Source of the DNA: Sulfitobacter sp.
GTDB taxonomy: Bacteria; Pseudomonadota; Alphaproteobacteria; Rhodobacterales; Rhodobacteraceae
NCBI GenBank assembly: GCA_965660425.1
Contig: CBFHZX010000002.1
Coordinates: forward strand, 66,942 to 130,941
Direction of reading: 5' to 3'
Length of the DNA stretch: 64,000 nt
Shown here: in pieces, positions 51,927 through 61,003 of the stretch
Numbering within the stretch: the first letter of the stretch is position 1
Layout of the letters: every line of letters starts with the position of its first letter
Translations under genes and position numbers: made by a program
The notes under the pieces: generated by a model
The model's database searches: none
Seen by the model: the letters and a program-made list of their open reading frames with translations, nothing else
What the model was told of the DNA's origin: nothing

Positions 51927-52990
51927 GGTTTGATCCTGTTGACGTGGCCCATCTTGCGGCCCGCTTTCGTCTCGACCTTGCCGTAGAGATGGATGGCGCA
52001 GTTAGTCTCACGTGCGAGGGCTGGCACGCGGTCCATATCGTCGCCAATGAGGTTCTCCATCACCACATCCGAATGGCGGCTGCCGTCGCCCAATGGCCAG
52101 CCCGCAATAGCGCGGATGTGTTGCTCGAACTGGTCCACAGCACAGCCATTTTGCGTCCAGTGACCTGAATTATGCACGCGCGGCGCGATTTCATTCACGA
52201 TGAGGCCTTGAGGTGTCACAAACAGTTCGACCCCCATCACGCCGACATAATCCAGCGTGTTGAGGATTTTCGCCGCCAGCAGTACGGCATCGGTACGTAG
52301 GCTTGCGAGTATTTTGGCGGGTATCGTAGTTGTGTGCAGGATACCGTCGCGGTGCACATTCTCACCCGGATCATAGCAGGCGACTTCGCCCTGCGGGTTG
52401 CGCGCCGCGATGATTGAAATCTCGAGTGAGAAGTCGATGAACCCTTCGAGTACGGCAGGCGCGCCTGCCATATCGGCGAGGGCTGAGGCGGCGTCCTCGG
52501 GGGATTTCAGGCGTGCTTGCCCCTTGCCGTCATAGCCGAAGCGGCGGGTTTTGAGGATCGCGGGCGTGCCGACGCTGGCAATGGCCGCATCAAGGCTGGC
52601 TGCATCTTTAACATCTGCGAAGGGCGCTACAGTCAGGCTGATGCCTTGCAGGAATTCCTTTTCCACCAGCCGGTCTTGAGAGGTACCAAGTGCGCGGCGG
52701 TTGGGGTGGATCGGGGTAATAGCCTCGATCACATCAAGGGCCTCGGTCGGGATATTTTCAAATTCGTAGGTGACAAGGTCGACCGCATTGGCAAAGGCGG
52801 TGAGTGCTGCCACATCATCATAGGGTGCAGTGGTGACAGCGTGGGCCACATCTGCGGCAGGCGGGTTTTTTCCCGGCTCAAAGATATGGGTGCGCAGGCC
52901 AAGGCGGGCGGCTGCAACGCTAAGCATGCGGCCCAATTGCCCGCCGCCCAAGATGCCGATTGTTGCACCAGTCGGCAGGGGATTAGTCAT
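51923..52990 (-). CDS. purK: 5-(carboxyamino)imidazole ribonucleotide synthase
   Basis: Track ORF trimmed to [23 protein letters not shown] (ATG 52990). ATP-grasp fold. Confidence 0.93.
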   Translation of the reverse strand: MTNPLPTGATIGILGGGQLGRMLSVAAARLGLRTHIFEPGKNPPAADVAHAVTTAPYDDVAALTAFANAVDLVTYEFENIPTEALDVIEAITPIHPNRRALGTSQDRLVEKEFLQGISLTVAPFADVKDAASLDAAIASVGTPAILKTRRFGYDGKGQARLKSPEDAASALADMAGAPAVLEGFIDFSLEISIIAARNPQGEVACYDPGENVHRDGILHTTTIPAKILASLRTDAVLLAAKILNTLDYVGVMGVELFVTPQGLIVNEIAPRVHNSGHWTQNGCAVDQFEQHIRAIAGWPLGDGSRHSDVVMENLIGDDMDRVPALARETNCAIHLYGKVETKAGRKMGHVNRIKP

Positions 52991-53471
52991 CAGTAGGCTC
53001 CTGCGGAATGGAGGCGGATAGATCACTGCGCCATGTATCAAGGCGCGCCGCGAGTGCGGGATCGTTCAGGGCCAGAATGCCAGCCGCCATAAGGGCTGCA
53101 TTCGCGGCACCTGGTGCGCCGATGGCCATGGTTGCCACGGGAAACCCTTTTGGCATTTGTAAGATGGAATAAAGGCTGTCCACGCCAGAAAGAGCTTTGG
53201 TCAGAACGGGTACGCCGATGACGGGGATACGTGTTTTGGAGGCCATCATACCCGGCAGGTGCGCCGCGCCGCCCGCACCTGCGATGATCACTTGGAGGCC
53301 ACGATCTGCGGCGGTTTTGCCGTAGTCCCATAGACGATCAGGCGTGCGGTGAGCCGAGACGATGCGCGCCTCATATGCAATTCCAAGCTCGTCGAGCAGG
53401 GTCGCTGCCTCGCGCATGGTGGGCCAGTCGGACTGTGAGCCCATGATGATGCCAACGGGTGGGATGCTCAT
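52983..53471 (-). CDS. purE: 5-(carboxyamino)imidazole ribonucleotide mutase
   Basis: Track ORF trimmed to [19 protein letters not shown] (ATG 53471). 162 aa, ...SAHRTPD...[10 protein letters not shown]. Confidence 0.95.
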   Translation of the reverse strand: MSIPPVGIIMGSQSDWPTMREAATLLDELGIAYEARIVSAHRTPDRLWDYGKTAADRGLQVIIAGAGGAAHLPGMMASKTRIPVIGVPVLTKALSGVDSLYSILQMPKGFPVATMAIGAPGAANAALMAAGILALNDPALAARLDTWRSDLSASIPQEPTDD

Positions 53472-53584
53472 TGCGCTATGGCCTTTGTGTCTGTCACGTG
53501 AGCGCGCACTATAGCCTTTGTGCGCGGGGTGGCAATGTGATGTGTGGGGCAAAATGTTGGGTGAAACGCTGGTCGGTCTAAGTG

Positions 53585-53809
53585 TCAGGCGATGATGTCT
53601 GGTGTCAGGCGGTCCTCGATCTGCGCGATGCGGTCTTTCAACTGGAGTTTACGCTTTTTGAGCCGTTGCAGGGTGAGCTGGTCTGCTGTGCTGCGCTCTC
53701 CCAATGCGATGATCGCCTCGTCCAGATCGCGGTGTTCGCGGCGCAGTACCTCAAGCTCGACGCGTAGCACTTCGTCGGTTTTCATAGCGATGTCTTTGGG
53801 CGGGTTCAT
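53585..53809 (-). CDS. DUF465 (YdcH-like) small coiled-coil protein
   Basis: 74 aa: ...[18 protein letters not shown]...[19 protein letters not shown]. Second DUF465 paralogue in the window. Confidence 0.6.
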   Translation of the reverse strand: MNPPKDIAMKTDEVLRVELEVLRREHRDLDEAIIALGERSTADQLTLQRLKKRKLQLKDRIAQIEDRLTPDIIA

Positions 53810-53876
53810 CGGCTCTCTGATTCTGTCTAAACGTTAGGCTTTTAGTCATAAGGGGTAACGCCAATGCCGCATAGCC

Positions 53877-53906
53877 CTTGCGCCTAGGCGATGTGCTTCC
53901 CATATT
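53877..53906 (+). promoter_or_regulatory. Sigma-32 (RpoH)-type heat-shock promoter of hsp20
   Basis: CTTGCG-N16-CCCATATT compared with the consensus CTTGAA-N16/17-CCCCATNT. Confidence 0.55.
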
Positions 53907-53912
53907 ATTAGA

Positions 53913-53976
53913 AAGCGCTGCCGCTCGCGGGGCGCCACAGACTGTCGCTTGAGATCATAAGGACGTGTCACATATG
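53913..53976 (+). promoter_or_regulatory. ROSE-like RNA thermometer in the hsp20 5' UTR
   Basis: GUC(G)CUU (53944-53950) pairs with the SD AAGGAC (53959-53964), leaving G53947 bulged. It contains the ROSE U(U/C)GCU signature (UCGCU). The loop is GAGAUCAU and the AUG is at 53974. Confidence 0.55.
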
Positions 53977-54387
53977 ACGAAGCTAACACTTGCATCATAT
54001 CCCCACATGCTGGGGTTTGAACAGCTGGAACGGGTGCTGGAGCGCAGCGCCAAATCCGGCAATGAGGGGTATCCGCCCTTCAACATCGAGCAGACCAATG
54101 ACCGCAGCTATCGCATCACGCTGGCAGTGGCAGGGTTTGCTGAAAAAGATCTGTCGATCACTGTCGAGGACCGACAGTTGGTAATTCGCGGACGCCAAAC
54201 TGATGACAGCGACGGCCGTGTATTTTTGCACCGCGGCATCGCGGGCCGTCAGTTCCAGCGCAGTTTTGTGCTGGCCGACGGGGTCGAAGTGGGTGAGGCG
54301 CTGATGGAGAACGGTCTGCTGCACGTAGACCTGACCCAAGCCAAGCCTGAAACGGTCGTTCAGACCATTAACATCCGAAAGGGGTAG
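53974..54387 (+). CDS. Hsp20/alpha-crystallin family small heat-shock protein (IbpA-like)
   Basis: Track ORF (GTG 53965) trimmed to ATG 53974: MTKLTLASYPHMLGFEQLERVL...YPPFNIEQTNDRSYRITLAVAGF. Confidence 0.9.
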   Translation: MTKLTLASYPHMLGFEQLERVLERSAKSGNEGYPPFNIEQTNDRSYRITLAVAGFAEKDLSITVEDRQLVIRGRQTDDSDGRVFLHRGIAGRQFQRSFVLADGVEVGEALMENGLLHVDLTQAKPETVVQTINIRKG

Positions 54388-54390
54388 CAC

Positions 54391-54612
54391 ATGGAAACCA
54401 CAGCACTGACAGGACCAGCCGACAGGACCGTTTACGTCAAGACAATCGCCGTGACCGATCTGCCCCGCGAGGTGCGCGATCAGGCCGAAGGGCTGGATCA
54501 GTTGTACGCGGTCCATAACGCAGACGGACAGCAGCTGGCGCTTGTGGGCGACCGCAAGCTGGCTTTTGATTTGGCGCGTGAACACAACTACGCACCTGTA
54601 TTGATACAATAA
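54391..54612 (+). CDS. DUF1150-family protein (usual partner of alphaproteobacterial hsp20)
   Basis: 73 aa: ...VYVKTIAVTDLPREVRDQAEGLDQLYAVHNADGQQLALVGDRKLAFDLAREHNYAPV. Confidence 0.7.
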   Translation: METTALTGPADRTVYVKTIAVTDLPREVRDQAEGLDQLYAVHNADGQQLALVGDRKLAFDLAREHNYAPVLIQ

Positions 54613-54645
54613 GCGCCTTGACCGCTTGGGTCGGTAGGGGATGTT

Positions 54646-54675
54646 AGAGAGGTCGCAATCTGCGGCCTCTTTTTA
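54646..54675 (+). terminator. Rho-independent terminator of hsp20-DUF1150
   Basis: AGAGGTCGCA-atc-TGCGGCCTCT (one G-U pair) followed by TTTTTAT. Confidence 0.7.
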
Positions 54676-54691
54676 TATCCGGAGCATGTGA

Positions 54692-55561
54692 ATGGCGTTT
54701 GAATTTGACTGGGTCGATGCGTTTACGGGCGAGGTATTCGGGGGCAATGGCTGTGCCGTCGTGCACGGAGCGGCAGATTTACCTGATGCGGTCTGCATGG
54801 CTTACGTGCGCGAGACATCTTTGGTGGAATGCACTTTCACGGGCCCCTCGGACGTTGCGGATTTCCGCGTCCGCTATTTTCTGGCCAGCCGCGAGATTCC
54901 GTTTGCGGGCCATCCGACAGTGGCGACTGTTGCGGCACTGCGCGCACGCGGTATGATTGCGGACGGGCCGGTCACGCTGGAGACTGCGGCGGGGATTATC
55001 CCTGTCGAGGTGCAGGGCGACCGTGTGACAATGACGCAAAACGCGCCTGAGTTCGGGGCAAAGGTTGATCCTGCGCTGGTCGCTGCGGTGGGCGGGATTG
55101 CCGCGACTGATATCATCCATCCGCCGCAAATTGTTTCGACCGGATTGCCGTTTTGCATCACGCTGCTCAAGGACCGCGCCACGCTTGAGAAAGTGGCATT
55201 GAACGTGGATGCGTTGGGCACCTATGCTGCGGCGCTGGGCCACGACAGCACAGATATTATGGAGCCGTTCTGGGTCTGCCTTGAGGGCGCAACTGCGCAG
55301 GGCGATACGTTTAGCCGCCTTCTCATGGCTCCTCCCAGCCCGCCAGAGGATCCTTTTACAGGCTCCGCAACAGGATGTATGGCGGCCTTTTTGTGGGCGT
55401 ATGACCTTATCCCCGCGCGCACATTCACAGCAGAGCAGGGGCACGGCTTAGGGCGGGCAGGGCAGGCGCAGGTCGAGGTGCTGGGGCCAAAGAATGCAAT
55501 CACAGGCATAAAGGTTTCAGGGCGCGGTGCGCGTGTGATGTCAGGCACAGTATATTTGTAA
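54692..55561 (+). CDS. PhzF-family isomerase
   Basis: 289 aa: VDAFTGEVFGGNGCAVV...FAGHPTVA... Confidence 0.85.
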   Translation: MAFEFDWVDAFTGEVFGGNGCAVVHGAADLPDAVCMAYVRETSLVECTFTGPSDVADFRVRYFLASREIPFAGHPTVATVAALRARGMIADGPVTLETAAGIIPVEVQGDRVTMTQNAPEFGAKVDPALVAAVGGIAATDIIHPPQIVSTGLPFCITLLKDRATLEKVALNVDALGTYAAALGHDSTDIMEPFWVCLEGATAQGDTFSRLLMAPPSPPEDPFTGSATGCMAAFLWAYDLIPARTFTAEQGHGLGRAGQAQVEVLGPKNAITGIKVSGRGARVMSGTVYL

Positions 55562-55858
55562 AATGGCGTGGGGGCAGCGCCCTAGATAGGGGGGGGGCTG
55601 TTTCATGTGTGTGTCAGAGTTTGGAGGATCAGCTGCCCTGAGGTCACCCGTCTGTGGCTCTCTCGAACGATCACAGATGCGCTGAAATGCGGTCGGGAAC
55701 GCTGATTTCAGCTTGGATATGATACAAAGCCGATAAATAGTCTCTGTTTTTACATCTAGGTGTTGACGACAGACTTGTCTCCGACACCCTATACACACTA
55801 GGAAACTACATGCCGCCGATTTTGATAATTGGGCTGCAATATCTAGTGGGGGATATAA

Positions 55859-57174
55859 ATGGTGAAGTTTGTTCAGAAAAACTTGATTTGGATCGCGCCG
55901 ACGGCGGCCGTCTTCGGGTCGGCGCTTACGCTGGCTGCTGTCGGCATGTTTGGGGGTGGTACCGAAGACCAGCCCACGAATGTGGCGGGTGCGTCTGATC
56001 CGCTGGCGGGTTTTGCCGCGCTTGTGCAAACGCAAGACGCGCCGAAGGTAGCGCCTTCCAATCAGGTAAATGCTCAAAACATCGTAAACTAGCTTCAACG
56101 CGCCACGGCGAATGCTGGTGAAGCAGAAGTAACGCGGGATGAGCCGATTGCCTTACTGGACACGACAAGCATTGTTGCGCCTGTGGCAGAGCCCGCAGTT
56201 GCGCCTGAATGGTAGCGACCGCCGAGCCTGTCATCGTGCCAGAAGAAGAGGCTGTTCAGGAAGGCACAAGTGCGGCGGCCTTTTTTGCCAATGCAAAGGC
56301 TGACCTAGCAGCGAATAACCCGTGCGGGGATGATCTCAAAGCACTGGTGCAGGATACGAAAACCTATTTCCCCTCTGGTGGATTGATCGCTGAGGCATCG
56401 GGACTGGTGAAAGCCCGCGTTATCGGGAAAATTGCCGAGGATTGTCCAAACTATACTTTGAAAATCCGGGGCCACTCCGACCCGTCAGGGGATAGTGCTG
56501 TCAATCTTGCGCTGAGCAAAAAACGGGCGGAAACGCTGATGAAATTGCTGGCGTCCAGTGGGGGCAATACAAAAGACTTCATCACTGTCGGGATGGGAGA
56601 CAAGGAGCCATCAAACGTGGTCGGGCCGCTTGGGTCTGCCTATTATGATCGCCGCGTTGATTTTCAGGTTGTCGAGAGCGTGAAAACGGCAAGTGCCGCA
56701 GGGTTTGTGCAACAGCCGTGGAATGCCGTTCCAGCGGCGAGTTCTGCCTGCGCGGCCGAGCTGAAAGTCCGCGCCGAGCAGACGCGCCTGTTCTACAACA
56801 CCCGCTCGATCACAGTATCCCCAACGGAGCTTGCGCCTGTGTATGAACTGGCCGAAGCGGTCGGGGCCTGTGAAGGCGCCCGCCTGCGCGTAATGGGACA
56901 TCATTCGGATTTGAATGGTGCAAACGAGAACCTAAAAATAGACCGTCTTCGGGCGCTTGTTTTGATGGGCTCGCTTGTGGCGGCGGGTTACGAGGGTGAG
57001 AAGATCCTTGTGGGCGCGCCGTCGCATTCTGTTGGCGTTGCAAACCAGCCGACGCTGCCGCGCAGCCGCGTCAATTTTCAGATCATCATGGATAAAAAGC
57101 AGACTTCAGTGAGGTTGCTTAAAACAGAAAGGCCAGCCTTTGGGGGCTGGCCTTTTTCGTTGCGGTGGGCGTAA
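55859..57174 (+). pseudogene. Membrane-anchored protein with two OmpA-like domains, interrupted by an in-frame TAG (56090-56092) and a frameshift near 56200-56210
   Basis: MVKFVQKNLIWIAPTAAVFGSALTLAAVGMF...QVNAQNIVN*LQRATANAGEAEVTRDEPIALLDTTSIVAPVAEPAVAPE | frame change | VATAEPVIVPEEEAVQEG...IRGHSDPSGDSAVNLALSKKRAE...VMGHHSDLNGANENLKIDRLRAL. The only TM/signal segment lies in the first fragment. Confidence 0.65.
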
Positions 57175-57177
57175 GGA

Positions 57178-58887
57178 TCAGCCTTTGATCAGCCCCATGC
57201 TTTCGAGCTTGAGCAGCACCTGATGGGCGCAATTGTCGACATCGACATTCTCTGTTTCGACGCTGAGTTCGGGATTCTGTGGCACGTCATAGGGATCGGA
57301 GATGCCTGTGAATTCCTTGATTTTGCCCTCACGCGCCAGCTTATAGAGGCCCTTGCGGTCGCGGCGCTCGCATTCCTCGATTGAGGTGGCGACGTGGATC
57401 TCGACGAATGCGCCAAAGCTCTCGACATCCTCACGCACCGCACGGCGCGTGGTGGCGTAAGGCGCGATGGGTGCGCAGATGGCGATGCCGCCGTTCTTGG
57501 TGATCTCGCTCGCGACATAGCCGATGCGGCGGATGTTGAGATCGCGGTGCTCTTTGCTGAACCCCAGCTCGGAGCTCAGGTTCTTGCGCACGATGTCACC
57601 GTCGAGCAGGGTAACAGGACGCCCGCCTTGCTCCATCAATTTCACCATCAGCGCGTTGGCGATAGTGGATTTGCCCGAGCCCGAGAAGCCCGTGAAGAAG
57701 ACGGTGAAGCCTTGGTTCGTGCGTGGCGGCTTGGTTCGGCGCAGTTCCTTGACCACTTCGGGGAAGGAAAACCACTCGGGGATTTCCAGACCTTCTTGCA
57801 AACGGCGGCGCAGTTCGGTGCCGGAGATGTTGAGGATGGTAACGTTATCCTTGTCCTTGATCTCGTCCATGGCTTCATATTGGGCGCGTTCCTGCACCCA
57901 GACCATATGTTTGAAATCGACCATCTCGATGCCCATTTCGGCCTGATGCTCGCGGAAGAGGTCTTGGGCGTCATAGGGGCCGTAGAAATCCTCACCCTGT
58001 GAGTTATTGCCCGGTCCAGCGTGATCACGGCCCACGATGAAATGGGTGCAGCCGTGGTTCTTGCGGATGAGGCCATGCCAGACCGCCTCACGCGGGCCAG
58101 CCATGCGCATGGCGAGGTTAAGCAGCGACATGGAGGTGGTGGCCTGTGGGTATTGGTCCAGCACCGCCTCATAGCAGCGCACGCGGGTGAAGTGGTCCAC
58201 ATCGCCCGGCTTAGTGAGGCCCACGACGGGGTGGATCAGCAGGTTGGCTTGTGCCTCACGCGCGGCGCGAAAGGTCAGCTCTTGGTGTGCGCGGTGCAGC
58301 GGGTTGCGGGTCTGGAAGGCCACAACCTTCCGCCAGCCCATTTTGCGGAAATAGGCGCGCAGCTCGTTTGGGGTGTCGCGGCGGGCTTTGAAATCATAGT
58401 GCACGGGCTGTTGCAGGCCTGTGACAGGACCACCCAAGTAGACCTTGCCTGCTTGGTTGTGCAGGTAGTTCACAGCGGGGTGCGCGTCGTCATCGGCGCC
58501 GAATACCTTTTCGGCCTCAAGCGCTTTGTTCGGGACCCAATTGTCGGTAACGGTCATGGTGGCGAGGATCACGCCCTCTTGGTCGCGCAGGGCGATGTCT
58601 TGACCTTCCTCAAGGGAGGCCGCGAAGTCTTCGGACACATCCAGTGTGATCGGCATGGGCCAGAGGGAACCGTCGGCAAGGCGCATGTTCTCGACCACGC
58701 TGTCGTAATCGGCCTGACCAAGGAACCCTTTGAGCGGGTTAAAGCCGCCGTTCATCAACAGCTCAAGATCACAAATCTGGCGCGGGGTCAGATCGTGGCT
58801 GACCAGCTGGCCTGCGTCTGTTTTCAGCTTTTGGGCGCTGTCATAGGAGACATAGAGTTCTGGGATGGGGGAGAGGTTGTGTTCCAT
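57178..58887 (-). CDS. Bifunctional sulfate adenylyltransferase / adenylylsulfate kinase (PAPS synthesis)
   Basis: Internal ATG 58887 with AGGAG 7 nt upstream: MEHNLSPIPELYVSYD... 569 aa. Sat motifs QTRNPLHRAHQEL and HAGPG; APS kinase P-loop GFSGSGKST. Confidence 0.92.
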   Translation of the reverse strand: MEHNLSPIPELYVSYDSAQKLKTDAGQLVSHDLTPRQICDLELLMNGGFNPLKGFLGQADYDSVVENMRLADGSLWPMPITLDVSEDFAASLEEGQDIALRDQEGVILATMTVTDNWVPNKALEAEKVFGADDDAHPAVNYLHNQAGKVYLGGPVTGLQQPVHYDFKARRDTPNELRAYFRKMGWRKVVAFQTRNPLHRAHQELTFRAAREAQANLLIHPVVGLTKPGDVDHFTRVRCYEAVLDQYPQATTSMSLLNLAMRMAGPREAVWHGLIRKNHGCTHFIVGRDHAGPGNNSQGEDFYGPYDAQDLFREHQAEMGIEMVDFKHMVWVQERAQYEAMDEIKDKDNVTILNISGTELRRRLQEGLEIPEWFSFPEVVKELRRTKPPRTNQGFTVFFTGFSGSGKSTIANALMVKLMEQGGRPVTLLDGDIVRKNLSSELGFSKEHRDLNIRRIGYVASEITKNGGIAICAPIAPYATTRRAVREDVESFGAFVEIHVATSIEECERRDRKGLYKLAREGKIKEFTGISDPYDVPQNPELSVETENVDVDNCAHQVLLKLESMGLIKG

Positions 58888-59253
58888 GGGGTTGCTCCTG
58901 TTTTGGGAGGCGGTGACGCGTGATGCGGGACCCGTCAGTTCAGCGTGTAGCGCATCATACTCGGTTAGTTTGCGTGCAAGGAATTGGTCGATGAGGCGGT
59001 TTTTCTCCGCCGCACCGCGTGAGGTGATCGAATAGGAAAAGCGGGCGCGTTTGTCGGGGCCGTCGCGGTTGGTGATGCTGACCAGCCCCGCCTCGACGGC
59101 GCTGCGCAGCAATGTGTTAAAGCGTCCCAGCGACAGACCTATCGCCGCTGCCATCCCGCGTTGGGAGGCATCGGGTGCGATATCCAACTGGCGCAGCAGG
59201 CGGAACAACTGGTCCTCCTGCTCGGAGGTTGTTTTGGTCGCGGTGTTCGTCAT
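58888..59253 (-). CDS. MarR-family EPS-associated transcriptional regulator module, open in frame (no stop) into sat/cysC
   Basis: MTNTATKTTSEQEDQLFRLLRQLDIAPDASQRGMAAAIGLSLGRFNTLLRSAVEAGLVSITN...RFSYSITSRGAAEKNRLIDQFLARKLTEYDALHAELT matches the EPS-type MarR pattern (from memory). The track shows one 705-aa ORF, 57178..59295. Confidence 0.65.
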
Positions 59254-59379
59254 TGTGCTGCTCTGCGTTTTGTTGAGCGCAGCTATGCACTGCAAAGTGT
59301 GTTCACGCTAGAACAAACTTTTGGCAATTATGGGGCTTTTCAGGGTGTGGGCCTTTTGCAACAGGCAGATATGGTGCTT

Positions 59380-59817
59380 TCAGCCCTCAATCGCGGTGAT
59401 CATATCGACGCGTTTCCCGTGCCGACCGCCCTCGAATCCCGTCTCAAGAAAGGCATCCACGATGTCAAAGACTAGTGCAGGGCCAGTAACGCGCGCGCCC
59501 AGTGCCAGCATATTGGCATTGTTGTGCGCACGGATCATGCGCGCAGAGAAGGTATCGCCACACACGCCACAACGGATGCCTGCGACCTTATTCGCAGCCA
59601 TCATAATGCCTTGACCTGTGCCGCACATGATGATGCCCAGATCGGCCTCACCCGCGACGACTTGCCGTGCAGCGGCCTCCCCATGTTTTGGGTAATCGGT
59701 GCTCTCGGCTGTGGTGGGGCCGATGTCGGTGACCGTATGGCCGCGTGCTTCTACATGTGCGGCGACTTGTTGGCGCAGGGCGATGTCGGCGTGGTCGCTG
59801 GAAATGATGATCCGCAT
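59380..59817 (-). CDS. rpiB: Ribose-5-phosphate isomerase B
   Basis: 145 aa: MRIIISSDHADIALRQ...GIIMCGTGQGIMMAANK... ATGA overlap with trxB. Confidence 0.93.
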   Translation of the reverse strand: MRIIISSDHADIALRQQVAAHVEARGHTVTDIGPTTAESTDYPKHGEAAARQVVAGEADLGIIMCGTGQGIMMAANKVAGIRCGVCGDTFSARMIRAHNNANMLALGARVTGPALVFDIVDAFLETGFEGGRHGKRVDMITAIEG

Positions 59818-60815
59818 CAGGCTTGCTCGGGGATTTGCGCGGTGTCGCCCTGCGGTACGGACGCGTCCGCATCACCGCTGTGCTCGGCCAAGAAACGCTC
59901 GGCCTCCAACGCGGCCATGCAGCCCATGCCGGCGCTTGTCACCGCTTGGCGGTATTTGTGATCCGTCAGATCACCCGCCGCAAAGATACCCGGCACAGAG
60001 GTTTCGGTGCTGTCGGGCTTTGTCACGACATAGCCGCCCATATGCGTCTCGAGCGTGTCCTTGACCAGCTCGTTTGCAGGCGCATGGCCAATTGCGACGA
60101 AGACGCCCTTGCAGGGGATGTCCGTAATCTCACCCGTTTTGGTGTGCTTGACCTTGATACCTTCAACGCCCAGTGGGCTTTCGCCGCCGTAAACTTCGTC
60201 CAGCTGGTGGAACCATAGCGGCTCGATCTTGGGGTTCTTCATCAAACGGTCGATGAGGATTTTCTCCGCGCGCAGCTCGTCGCGGCGGTGGATCAGTGTG
60301 ACTTTGGAGGCGAAGTTGGTGAGGAAGAGCGCTTCCTCAACAGCGGTGTTGCCGCCTCCGATGACGACAATCTCCTGACCGCGATAGAAGAAACCGTCGC
60401 AGGTGGCGCAGGCCGAGACGCCAAAGCCCTTGAACTTCTCTTCACTCTCCAGCCCCAGCCATTTGGCGCGGGCACCCGTGGCGAGGATCACGGCGTCCGC
60501 CTCATAGACCGTACCGCTGTCGCCCTTGGCGATGAATGGACGTTTGGACATGTTCAGATCGGTGATGATGTCGCCGATGATTTCGGTGCCCATCGCCTTT
60601 GCGTGCGCTTCCATGCGGATCATCAGATCGGGGCCTTGGACTTCGGTATCGCCGGGCCAGTTCTCGACCTCGGTTGTTGTTGTCAGCTGGCCACCCGGCT
60701 CGATCCCTTGCACAAGGATCGGGTCGAGCATGGCGCGGCTGCCATAGACGCCAGCAGTATAGCCTGTGGGGCCTGAGCCAATGATCAAAAGCTTGGTCTT
60801 GCGTGTCTCGGCCAT
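59817..60815 (-). CDS. trxB: Thioredoxin-disulfide reductase
   Basis: Track ORF (432 aa) trimmed to MAETRKTKLLIIGSGPTGYTAG (ATG 60815, AAAGGA upstream). Redox-active motif SACATCDGFF. Confidence 0.95.
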   Translation of the reverse strand: MAETRKTKLLIIGSGPTGYTAGVYGSRAMLDPILVQGIEPGGQLTTTTEVENWPGDTEVQGPDLMIRMEAHAKAMGTEIIGDIITDLNMSKRPFIAKGDSGTVYEADAVILATGARAKWLGLESEEKFKGFGVSACATCDGFFYRGQEIVVIGGGNTAVEEALFLTNFASKVTLIHRRDELRAEKILIDRLMKNPKIEPLWFHQLDEVYGGESPLGVEGIKVKHTKTGEITDIPCKGVFVAIGHAPANELVKDTLETHMGGYVVTKPDSTETSVPGIFAAGDLTDHKYRQAVTSAGMGCMAALEAERFLAEHSGDADASVPQGDTAQIPEQA

Positions 60816-60926
60816 GGGTCGTCCTTTCGGGGAATCTGTTTGAGGCGAATATATACCTCCCCGCGATGCTCTTAAACCCCTGCACGGGGTCGTGATTGAG
60901 GGTGATGGATCGGGAGGGATGTAAAT

Positions 60927-60959
60927 ATTATTGCGCATTTGTGAAACATTATTGCGCAT
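60927..60959. repeat. Two exact copies of ATTATTGCGCAT spaced 21 bp apart in the trxB/lrp divergent promoter region
   Basis: Copies at 60927-60938 and 60948-60959, read directly. They lie 45-77 bp upstream of the lrp ATG. Confidence 0.45.
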
Positions 60960-61003
60960 AGCGGCGTTATCTGTATAACAATCGAAAAACTGCAGGGGGA
61001 TGT

